Below are positions 8,680 to 15,626 of a stretch of 32,000 bases of DNA, piece by piece. The notes beneath the pieces are model-generated. The model did no database searches and was not told where the DNA came from. It saw only the letters and a program-made list of their open reading frames with translations. Where the stretch lies: positions 30,001 through 62,000 of the forward strand of contig NZ_LWLG01000015.1 in assembly GCF_001652585.1 (NCBI RefSeq), in the 5' to 3' direction. Positions within the stretch are counted from its first letter, which is position 1. Each line of letters begins with the position of its first letter. This DNA is from Thermosulfurimonas dismutans. Its GTDB lineage: Bacteria > Desulfobacterota > Thermodesulfobacteria > Thermodesulfobacteriales > Thermodesulfobacteriaceae. Made by a program: the position numbers and the translations under genes.

Positions 8680-10299
8680 CTAAGGATAAGGAATAAAAGG
8701 TTGTTTTAAGATGTATTTTCCCGAAAGTTTCCAAAGGAGGTAATTTTTATTAGAATCTTTGGAACGATATAATTTATCCACGGCATAAAGTTCTCCATTG
8801 GCGCCTAAGATTTTTATTTCAGATGCCGCCTTTTTATAAAACTTTTCCCGAAAAAATACAAGATCACAATTTTGAACGGCTTTGGATAGTTCCTGATAAA
8901 TCGGTAGTGGCCTCGGTGAGGCTATATAAAAGAAGAGGTTAGCCGAAATTTTACGATAACCACAAAGCTTGGCTTGCGGAAAGCTGGTTTGTAACTGAGC
9001 CAATCCCCTTCCGAAGATTTTTTCAGAAGGTGGGGTTAAAGCGGGAGTAGCTATGGAGATCCCAGCTATAGCTAAAATAAGATAACTAAAGATAAGCCCC
9101 CAGGGGGAAGTTCGTTTTTTGACACACCACCTTAAAGCTCCTAGTATGAAAATACCGGTTATTAAGGGTAAAAAACGACTTTTGAAGGGTAAAAAATCAA
9201 AATGATGGGGAAAAATAGCCAGTAAAACAAGAGAAATGCCGACAAAAAGGGTTGTAAATCCGTAAAAATAAGAGAGGCCCCTGGCCAGGGCATCCGGATT
9301 TTTTAGCTTATCTCTTAAATAGTAAGTTATAAGGAGCACTCCCAGGGGTACGGCCGGAAGGATGTAATAGGAGCGTCGGGCTCGAGCTAGATCGAAAAGC
9401 AGGAAAACGGCTGTAAGAGCTAGAAGCAGAAAACGCTGATTCTGGGAAACCTTGCGAAAGTTTTTAACCGTAAACCCTAGGGCCGCAAAGAAAAACAAGG
9501 TCCAAGGCAAGAATAATTCGGGAAGATAATAAAAATATACATAAAAAGGTTCACGGTTGTCGTAGGGATTGACCACCTGCGTAAGGTTTTCCCGTACAAT
9601 CAAATAGAAAGGTAGCTCACTTCCCATGGCCCGGGCGATACCTAGATAATGGAGAAAATAGAGGGTCAAGGCCAGAAAGGCCGCCCCAAAATTCTGTAAG
9701 TTAAGATGTCTGAAATTGCGGTTTAGCACTATATCTACCATGGCCACTAATACTGGCACAGTAAAACCCGGAAGTCCTTTCGAGAGGGCTGCCAAGAGGG
9801 CCGAAAACCAGAACCCCAGGTATCCCCAGAAGCTTTTCTTTTCTCGAAACCACATATAAAAGGCCAGCGCCGAGACGATGCCGGCCAGTTGGTAGATCTC
9901 GCTCTGGGCCACCCGGGCATAACCCACAAAGCCCCAGGTGGTGGCAAGGATCCCCGCAGCCGTTAAGGACCACCAAGGTTCGAAGAATCTACGGGCCAGG
10001 GCGTAAAAGGCTACGATGGTGAGAAGACCGCAGGTGGCCACCGGAAGTCTTACGGTCAACTCGTCGAGTCTCCCGAAGGCAAGGGCCGAGATCCTTATTA
10101 GCCAGTAGGGGATGAGGGGTTTGGTGACATGGGGTTCGCCGTTTATGGTGGGCACCCACCAGTCCCCACGAAGCATCATTTCCCGTACACCTTCCGCCCA
10201 GCGTCCCTCCACTCCCCATAGAGGCCGGTCGCCTAGGTTCAGGAAGAGAAAGGTCAAAAGTCCAAGCCCGAAAAGTACCATTAACTTCCGTTCTCTCAT
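8680..10299 (-). CDS. ArnT-like GT-C glycosyltransferase (GT83/GT39 type), full length with C-terminal periplasmic domain
   Basis: 539 aa and polytopic. The first periplasmic loop EGRWAEGVREMMLRGDWWVPTINGEPHVTKPLIPYW matches the ArnT/PMT catalytic-loop pattern (acidic-x-R-x-A-E ... KPP). A ~130-aa soluble C-terminal domain follows. ATGA overlap with the upstream paralog. Confidence 0.8.
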   Translation of the reverse strand: MRERKLMVLFGLGLLTFLFLNLGDRPLWGVEGRWAEGVREMMLRGDWWVPTINGEPHVTKPLIPYWLIRISALAFGRLDELTVRLPVATCGLLTIVAFYALARRFFEPWWSLTAAGILATTWGFVGYARVAQSEIYQLAGIVSALAFYMWFREKKSFWGYLGFWFSALLAALSKGLPGFTVPVLVAMVDIVLNRNFRHLNLQNFGAAFLALTLYFLHYLGIARAMGSELPFYLIVRENLTQVVNPYDNREPFYVYFYYLPELFLPWTLFFFAALGFTVKNFRKVSQNQRFLLLALTAVFLLFDLARARRSYYILPAVPLGVLLITYYLRDKLKNPDALARGLSYFYGFTTLFVGISLVLLAIFPHHFDFLPFKSRFLPLITGIFILGALRWCVKKRTSPWGLIFSYLILAIAGISIATPALTPPSEKIFGRGLAQLQTSFPQAKLCGYRKISANLFFYIASPRPLPIYQELSKAVQNCDLVFFREKFYKKAASEIKILGANGELYAVDKLYRSKDSNKNYLLWKLSGKYILKQPFIPYP

Positions 10300-11393
10300 G
10301 GCGAGTGAAATATAACATGAGCTTTCAAATATATGGAGCTACCAGCTTTGATGGCCAACAGGAGTCCTACCCAGAACAGCATAAATGCCTTTTTGGGTAA
10401 ACGGTTTCCGGTTTGGAGTTCAAGACCGGCGGCCAGAAGGCTCAAGGGGCCGAAGAGGGGCAAGATATAGAGCGGAAGGCGGGATTTAGCCAGCCAGAAG
10501 ACTGTAAATGGTACTAGAAACCACAAGGCCACGATGCGGACTTTTTCCGAGGTTTTTAGGAAAGATCCGAGGGACCGTCCATTCTTTAGCAGGGAAAGGA
10601 AGATCGGTACAGCACCTACGGTAAGGAGAGGTAGGTAGAGGTAAAACGGGGCGTACCAGGCACTATTCCGGTGGAAGTAGTTGTGAAAGAGCCTTCCCGT
10701 AACTTGTTCCTTCAGAAAGACCTCCCAGAAGTAAGGAAAATGGAATTGAACATATAGATACCAGGGAAGAGCTATTATTAAAAAGACCAGGGCTCCTAAA
10801 AAGAGTCCCTGCCAGTCTCTTCTTTTTACCCAGCCATACCACAGGAAAGGGAGCATTACCGGAAGTACCGCTGTTCCTTTGGTCATGAAAGCTAGAGCCC
10901 AAAAGACCCAGGCAAGATGGGGAACCCTAAAGAAGGCCCAAGCCCCTAAGGTCTCCCACATAACCAGAAGGGTATCGGGGGTGACGATATTGGCGGCTAC
11001 AAAGGGCGTAAGAGTGGTGGCATAGAGGCTCCCGGTTCGCAAGCCCACTCCTTCTCCAAAGAGCCTCTTTCCAATGGCTGCCAAGGCCGCGGCCGTTATG
11101 GCAAAGGCCAAGGCGTTAGGAACTCGCGCTCCCCAGCGGTTATCTCCAAAAACCCTGTAGCTCAGGGCTATAGTCCAATAAAATAGAGGAGGTTTAGTAA
11201 GATGGGGATGTCCCTTCCAGTATGGGATTAGAAAAGACTTGCTAGAGAGCATATTTCGAGCAATTTCAGTATAGCGATGTTCGTCTCGCCCCATATAAGG
11301 CCGAGTCCCCTGAAACCAAAGGCCCAAGACCAAGGCTAGAATAAAAATCTTAAAGACTGAATTTCTCAAGATTTTTAGCCTCCTAGCAACCAA
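10296..11393 (-). CDS. ArnT-like GT-C glycosyltransferase, short membrane-only form
   Basis: 365 aa. RDEHRYTEIARNMLSSKSFLIPYWKGHPHLTKPPLFYW matches the ArnT/PMT loop. The rest is TM helices with no C-terminal soluble domain. The start is uncertain: TTG at 11393, and the first ATG would delete the first TM helix. Confidence 0.72.
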   Translation of the reverse strand: MVARRLKILRNSVFKIFILALVLGLWFQGTRPYMGRDEHRYTEIARNMLSSKSFLIPYWKGHPHLTKPPLFYWTIALSYRVFGDNRWGARVPNALAFAITAAALAAIGKRLFGEGVGLRTGSLYATTLTPFVAANIVTPDTLLVMWETLGAWAFFRVPHLAWVFWALAFMTKGTAVLPVMLPFLWYGWVKRRDWQGLFLGALVFLIIALPWYLYVQFHFPYFWEVFLKEQVTGRLFHNYFHRNSAWYAPFYLYLPLLTVGAVPIFLSLLKNGRSLGSFLKTSEKVRIVALWFLVPFTVFWLAKSRLPLYILPLFGPLSLLAAGLELQTGNRLPKKAFMLFWVGLLLAIKAGSSIYLKAHVIFHSP

Positions 11394-11432
11394 ATTTCAC
11401 CTTGATTTTGTGGAATTCTTTTTGAGGCGGGG

Positions 11433-11449
11433 TTAAAACTGGATTAAAA
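11433..11449 (+). promoter_or_regulatory. Direct repeat TTAAAA-N5-TTAAAA (11-bp phasing) in the divergent regulatory region
   Basis: TTAAAA 11433-11438, CTGGA, TTAAAA 11444-11449. Lies in the 110-nt region between the GT-C operon and the response-regulator gene. Confidence 0.3.
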
Positions 11450-11463
11450 TTTCTCAATGGAGC

Positions 11464-11480
11464 TTTAATTAAACTTTAAG
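11464..11480 (+). promoter_or_regulatory. Direct repeat TTTAAT-N5-TTTAAG, candidate OmpR-family response-regulator box
   Basis: TTTAAT 11464-11469, TAAAC, TTTAAG 11475-11480. The 11-bp phasing is typical of tandem winged-helix half-sites. The hexamers fit the YTTAAK pattern I recall for the PmrA box. Confidence 0.35.
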
Positions 11481-11503
11481 GAAAACGTGCTTAAAAAAAC
11501 GTT

Positions 11504-12190
11504 ATGAGAAAGATTTTAGTGGTTGAGGATGATCGGGATCTGTTGGAATTTGTTTCTAGGGGATTACAGGAGGCCGGTTTTTCGGTAGAAGAAGCTCTTA
11601 ATGCCTTTGCCGCTTATGAAATCCTGTTTAACACCGAAGTGGACCTGGTTATTCTCGATTTAATGCTTCCAGATATGGACGGATTCGAATTCTTAAAAAA
11701 ATTGAGAAAACGCCGGCCACGGTTGCCCATTCTAATTCTGAGTGCTCGTAGTTCGGTGGACGATCGGGTGCGGGGACTTGAACTCGGAAGCGACGATTAT
11801 TTAACTAAGCCTTTTTCTTTTGCAGAATTGCTAGCCCGGGTGAAATCCCTTTTACGGAGGGCCTCTCAGTCCCCGGAGATGGAGGAAGTCCTTTCGGCCG
11901 GTCCTATAAGGCTCGACCTTCTGCGCCGTGAGGTCCGGGTGGGAGAAAAGCGAGTCGAACTTTCACCCAGAGAATTCGCGCTCCTTGAGTATTTGATGCG
12001 ACACAAAGGCAGGGTCCTCACCAGGATTCAGATATTGGAAAAGATCTGGGGCTATCATTTTTCACCAGAGTCGAACATCGTGGATGTCTATATTTGTCGT
12101 TTGCGGGAAAAGCTCGGCTTGAGAAGGGATTCCCGCCCTACCATTAGGACCATACGCCAGGTGGGCTATACCTTTACGGATGAAGATTAA
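11504..12190 (+). CDS. OmpR-family DNA-binding response regulator (closest by eye to CusR/CopR/PmrA-type)
   Basis: 228 aa. Receiver domain with the phospho-acceptor in DLVILDLMLPDMDG, and GLELGSDDYLTKPFSFAELLARV. C-terminal winged helix (LSPREFALLEYLMRHKGRVLTR...VGYTF). Confidence 0.93.
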   Translation: MRKILVVEDDRDLLEFVSRGLQEAGFSVEEALNAFAAYEILFNTEVDLVILDLMLPDMDGFEFLKKLRKRRPRLPILILSARSSVDDRVRGLELGSDDYLTKPFSFAELLARVKSLLRRASQSPEMEEVLSAGPIRLDLLRREVRVGEKRVELSPREFALLEYLMRHKGRVLTRIQILEKIWGYHFSPESNIVDVYICRLREKLGLRRDSRPTIRTIRQVGYTFTDED

Positions 12191-13595
12191 GTTGCCGACA
12201 AAGAGCCTGGCCTTTCGTCTAGCGGTCCTTTACGGTTCCCTCTTTCTGGTGGCCACGGGTCTGGTTTTTGCAGTGGTCCACCTAATTCTTGCTCACAAAT
12301 TGCTTCAAAATCTGGATCAGGATCTCAAGGAGGATGTCTCCGAAATCACGACTATCTATCTTCGCAAGGGCCTCCCGGCTTTAAAATCCTTGGCTTCGGC
12401 GGAGCTAGCAGAGGAAGGGCCAAATAATTTTTTCTTTCGGATACTGGACTCCGAAGGCAGGGAGGTCTTTTCTGTAGGCAATTCCGTCTTTAAGACTCTC
12501 CCATGGCCCGATAGAGCTTCCGAATCCCCGAAGTTCTTTGTCTTTGATCTTACTGATTCCCTCGGAAGGGTAAGGGCCGTAGTTTGGAGGCTTGGAGAAC
12601 ACCGTATGGAGATGGCGGTGCCCTTGCGTTTCAACCAGAGAATTTTAGCTCAGATCCACAGGGCCTTTTTGTGGGCAGGGGTGGTGGCCCTCCTGATAAG
12701 TTTTCCTATGGGTTTCCTCTTTGCCAAGAGATCCCTGAGACAGATCTTGGAGATAGAAAGAGTAGCCCGCGGCATTGTGGATGCCCGCGATTTTTCCCGA
12801 CGGGTTCCCCTTTCGGGTAGGGGAGATGAGCCCGACCGGCTGGCCGAGACTTTCAATTCCATGCTCGAGAAACTGGATCTCTACTTTCGGGAACTTCTTC
12901 AAATCTTCGACAATCTAGCCCATGATTTCAAGAACCTTCTTTCCCATCTCCGACTTTTGGCCGAAAGGGCTCTTGAAAAGAGAGACCCCGAAGAACGAGA
13001 AGAACTGATAGTCCGCATACTTTACGAAAGTGACCGTTTTCTTCATCTCCTGAATGTCCTTCTTGACCTCTCGGAGGCCGAAACGGGATTGCTCAAACTC
13101 AGAAGGGAGCGATTTCCTGTAAAAGATATCCTTGAAGAGGTAGATCAGGTGTTTCGGGAACTAGCTGTCAGCCAAGGCCTTAATTTCGAGATCCGCTATC
13201 CCGATGAAGATCTTTACCTTTTTGCCGACAGGGCCAGGTTCCTTCAAGCCCTTTTAAACCTGGTGGACAACGCCTTTAAATATACCCCTTCTGGGGGCCG
13301 TATTCGGGTAGAAGCCAAAAGAAAGGGCGAAGACCTCGTAATTAAGGTTCAGGACTCCGGGCGAGGAATTTCTCCCGAGGAACTATCTCGGATCTTTGAT
13401 AGGTTTTATCGCGGCCGAGGTCCGGAAAGAGGGCGTGGTCTCGGGCTTTCCCTGGCTCGGGCCTACGTGGAGGCCCACGGGGGGGAGATTAGCGTAGAAA
13501 GCGAACCCGGTCGGGGGTCCGTCTTTTACATAGTCCTGCCCCAGACGTTACCAGTCGAAACGACCCATCCTGCAAAAGAGATCGTAGAAGATTAA
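12180..13595 (+). CDS. Membrane sensor histidine kinase (two TM helices, ~120-aa periplasmic loop, HAMP, HisKA, HATPase_c)
   Basis: 471 aa and overlaps the RR gene by 11 nt. TM1 LAVLYGSLFLVATGLVFAVV and TM2 FLWAGVVALLISFPMGFLF. H-box LAHDFKNLLSHL, N-box LVDNAFKYT, G1 QDSGRGI, F FDRFYRG, G2 GLGLSLA. Confidence 0.9.
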   Translation: MKIKLPTKSLAFRLAVLYGSLFLVATGLVFAVVHLILAHKLLQNLDQDLKEDVSEITTIYLRKGLPALKSLASAELAEEGPNNFFFRILDSEGREVFSVGNSVFKTLPWPDRASESPKFFVFDLTDSLGRVRAVVWRLGEHRMEMAVPLRFNQRILAQIHRAFLWAGVVALLISFPMGFLFAKRSLRQILEIERVARGIVDARDFSRRVPLSGRGDEPDRLAETFNSMLEKLDLYFRELLQIFDNLAHDFKNLLSHLRLLAERALEKRDPEEREELIVRILYESDRFLHLLNVLLDLSEAETGLLKLRRERFPVKDILEEVDQVFRELAVSQGLNFEIRYPDEDLYLFADRARFLQALLNLVDNAFKYTPSGGRIRVEAKRKGEDLVIKVQDSGRGISPEELSRIFDRFYRGRGPERGRGLGLSLARAYVEAHGGEISVESEPGRGSVFYIVLPQTLPVETTHPAKEIVED

Positions 13596-13599
13596 GAAT

Positions 13600-13644
13600 T
13601 TTTAATCTGTTTTCAATCTTTCTCTAATTGTACCGTTTTAATCT
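13600..13644 (+). promoter_or_regulatory. Repeated TTTTAATCT motif set, including TTTAAT-N5-TTCAAT with 11-bp phasing
   Basis: TTTTAATCT at 13600-13608 and again exactly at 13636-13644. Variant TTTTCAATCT at 13610-13619. Half-sites TTTAAT 13601-13606 and TTCAAT 13612-13617 are separated by 5 nt. Confidence 0.35.
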
Positions 13645-13655
13645 TTCCCTATAGA
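13628..13655 (+). promoter_or_regulatory. Candidate promoter of the efflux operon
   Basis: TTGTAC (13628-13633), 16 nt, TATAGA (13650-13655). This is followed by SD AAGGAGG (13665-13671) and ATG at 13677. The match to consensus is weak. Confidence 0.3.
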
Positions 13656-13676
13656 CCTCTACCAAAGGAGGTTGTC

Positions 13677-14153
13677 ATGAAGGGAAAGAGTCAAAGCAAG
13701 TGGTTAAGATTCCTGATTACTTTGCTTATCGGCTTGGGGTTGTTAGTTATGGGAAAAGCTTCATGGGCGAGCCAGGATAAGGAACACGAAGCGGTAGGTG
13801 ATGAAACCATCCAGGCGGAAAACTGCCCCCTCCCGGTCTTACTAGAGAATGAACTCGAGGAAAAGACCGTTCTCAAGAACCTCTACTGTGAACTCAGGGA
13901 AAACACCCTGATCATCAAAGGAAAAGTTCACAACCTCTCCCATACCGTACTCTCCGGGGTGGAGGTGGAAGCGGCCCTGGTGGGTGCCGGAAATGCGGTC
14001 CTGGCCCGACAGGATGTCCTTACCGTGCCGGAGATCCTGAGGAGTAAACGGCACAAGTTCGGCTACTTTACCATCAAGCTGCCTTATTTCTCGAAGGCCA
14101 GGAAGATTATTCTCAAGATTACTGCCGAGAGACAAGAAGTTGAGGAAGATTAG
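13677..14153 (+). CDS. Small secreted protein of unknown function (signal peptide; beta-rich; two Cys)
   Basis: 158 aa. Strong SD. N-terminal signal peptide KWLRFLITLLIGLGLLVMGKASWA|SQ. The mature part has no Met, 2 Cys and 4 His. I recognised no family. Confidence 0.6.
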   Translation: MKGKSQSKWLRFLITLLIGLGLLVMGKASWASQDKEHEAVGDETIQAENCPLPVLLENELEEKTVLKNLYCELRENTLIIKGKVHNLSHTVLSGVEVEAALVGAGNAVLARQDVLTVPEILRSKRHKFGYFTIKLPYFSKARKIILKITAERQEVEED

Positions 14154-14158
14154 ACTTT

Positions 14159-14196
14159 GGCCTCGGAGAAGAACGGAAAGGTCTTATCTCGAGGCC
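14159..14196 (+). other. Intercistronic imperfect hairpin (no U-tract)
   Basis: GGCCTCG (14159-14165) pairs with CGAGGCC (14190-14196). Inner partial pairing AAGAAC/GTCTT around GGAAAG. Followed by TACCAACCCC, so it is not a canonical intrinsic terminator. Confidence 0.4.
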
Positions 14197-14222
14197 TACC
14201 AACCCCGCTCTGACAGCCAATT

Positions 14223-15626
14223 ATGAAAAAATATCGGAAGTTTTGCATCTTATTTCTCTTTATGCTTTCGGGCTGTGCGGTCTATCATCCTTTGCCTCTT
14301 GACCGGAAGGCGGAAGAGGCGGTCCTTAAAGGCCCGGATACCGAAGCTCTGGAAATAGAGGCCTCTCGGATAAAACATCCCCTTCTCAAGCCCGTAGAGT
14401 TCGATCTAAAGGACGGGCTCTCTCCGGATGAGGCCGCCATTTTGGCCGTGGTGGCCAATCCCGAGCTCCGGGCGGTAAGGGACGAAAAGAAGATAGCCTC
14501 TGCCCAGTTACTTCAGGCCGGGCTCCTTCCCAACCCTCAGCTTGCGCTAAGCTATGAGGTCCCCACGGCAGGGGTGACTTCCGGAACGGTAAATGCCTAC
14601 AGTCTTCAGCTTGACTGGGAGATAACCGCCTTACTTACCAGGGGGGCCAGGGTTTCTTCGGCCAGGGCGGAAAGGGCCGCGGTTGATCTCAACGTAGCCT
14701 GGAAGGAATGGCAGGTAGCCGAGGCCGCTAAACTTCACGCCTTGCGTCTACTCTGGGCCGAAAGGAAGGTAGCCCTTTTACGAGAGGCCGAAAGGGAGCT
14801 AAAAAAGAACCTCGCCTTGGTCGAAAGGGCCGTCTCCCTTGGAGAAAAGACGGCTCTCGATCTGGCCGCTGCCAGGGCTACCTACCAGAAGATAAGGCTT
14901 GACCTTGAAACCGCGAGAGAGGAAAGGGCCCGGGAAAGGCTTACACTAAACCGCGTTCTCGGTTTTCCTCCGAACACTTACTTGAAGATTCAAAAGGATG
15001 TCCGGCTCCTCTCCTGGCCCCCACCCATCAAAAGAGAGAAACTTCTTTCCGGACTTGCGGAAAGGAGACTCGATCTCCTGGCCTTAAAGATGAGCTATCA
15101 GGCCCAGGACGAACGTCTTCGGGCCGCGGTGCTTTCCCAGTTTCCCAAAATAGGAATCGGTCTTATTCGGGCCAAGGATACCGGAGACGTGATCACCACC
15201 GGATTGGCGGTCTCCATAGAGCTTCCCTTCTTTGACCGGGGCCAGGCCCACATTGCCCTGGAGGAAGCCACCCGCAAGAAGCTCTACGACGAATACCTGG
15301 CGAGACTCTTTTCCGCCCGAGCCGAGGTGGCAGAAATCCTTGAAAAAATGGCCTTTGTGCGCCGAAAGATCGTTGCTTCCGAGGAGGCCGTAGCAGCCCT
15401 CGAAAGATTGCTTGTCACTTATAAGGAGGCCCTCCATCAGGGAAATGCCGATCTTCTTGGTTACTACCGGCTGCAAAACGAACTTTTGCTCAAACGTCTC
15501 GAACTTCTTAGGCTCAGGCAGACACAAAGCGACCTCGGGGTGGCCCTGGAGATCGCCTCCGGGGTTTACCTTCCGATGAGGTGCAAGACGTTGGGAATTG
15601 TTAATCCCAAAGGAGATATGAAGTAA
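14223..15626 (+). CDS. Outer-membrane efflux factor, TolC/NodT/CzcC-type lipoprotein
   Basis: 467 aa. Lipobox LFMLSG|C. OMF-type repeats (NPELRA, LLPNPQL, long coiled-coil helices). Its stop is immediately followed by the MFP start (TAAATG). Confidence 0.85.
   Translation: MKKYRKFCILFLFMLSGCAVYHPLPLDRKAEEAVLKGPDTEALEIEASRIKHPLLKPVEFDLKDGLSPDEAAILAVVANPELRAVRDEKKIASAQLLQAGLLPNPQLALSYEVPTAGVTSGTVNAYSLQLDWEITALLTRGARVSSARAERAAVDLNVAWKEWQVAEAAKLHALRLLWAERKVALLREAERELKKNLALVERAVSLGEKTALDLAAARATYQKIRLDLETAREERARERLTLNRVLGFPPNTYLKIQKDVRLLSWPPPIKREKLLSGLAERRLDLLALKMSYQAQDERLRAAVLSQFPKIGIGLIRAKDTGDVITTGLAVSIELPFFDRGQAHIALEEATRKKLYDEYLARLFSARAEVAEILEKMAFVRRKIVASEEAVAALERLLVTYKEALHQGNADLLGYYRLQNELLLKRLELLRLRQTQSDLGVALEIASGVYLPMRCKTLGIVNPKGDMK

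Noticed and set aside
8680-11393. Idea that the 365-aa and 539-aa GT-C ORFs are halves of one frameshifted or split ArnT gene
   Set aside because: Each ORF has its own complete N-terminal catalytic loop (DEHRY...KPP and EGRWAE...KPL) and its own first TM helix. They are paralogs in tandem, not fragments.
11457-11468. Mini-ORF ATG-GAG-CTT-TAA (Met-Glu-Leu-stop) in the divergent control region
   Set aside because: It has three codons, no SD, and sits in AT-rich DNA where ATG and TAA are frequent. Nothing points to a leader-peptide mechanism.
13672-13678. TTGTCAT, resembling one half of the palindromic CusR/CopR box, at the start codon of the small secreted protein
   Set aside because: There is no matching ATGACAA half-site at the expected spacing upstream. 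The heptamer is explained by the SD-spacer-ATG sequence (GGAGGTTGTCATG).
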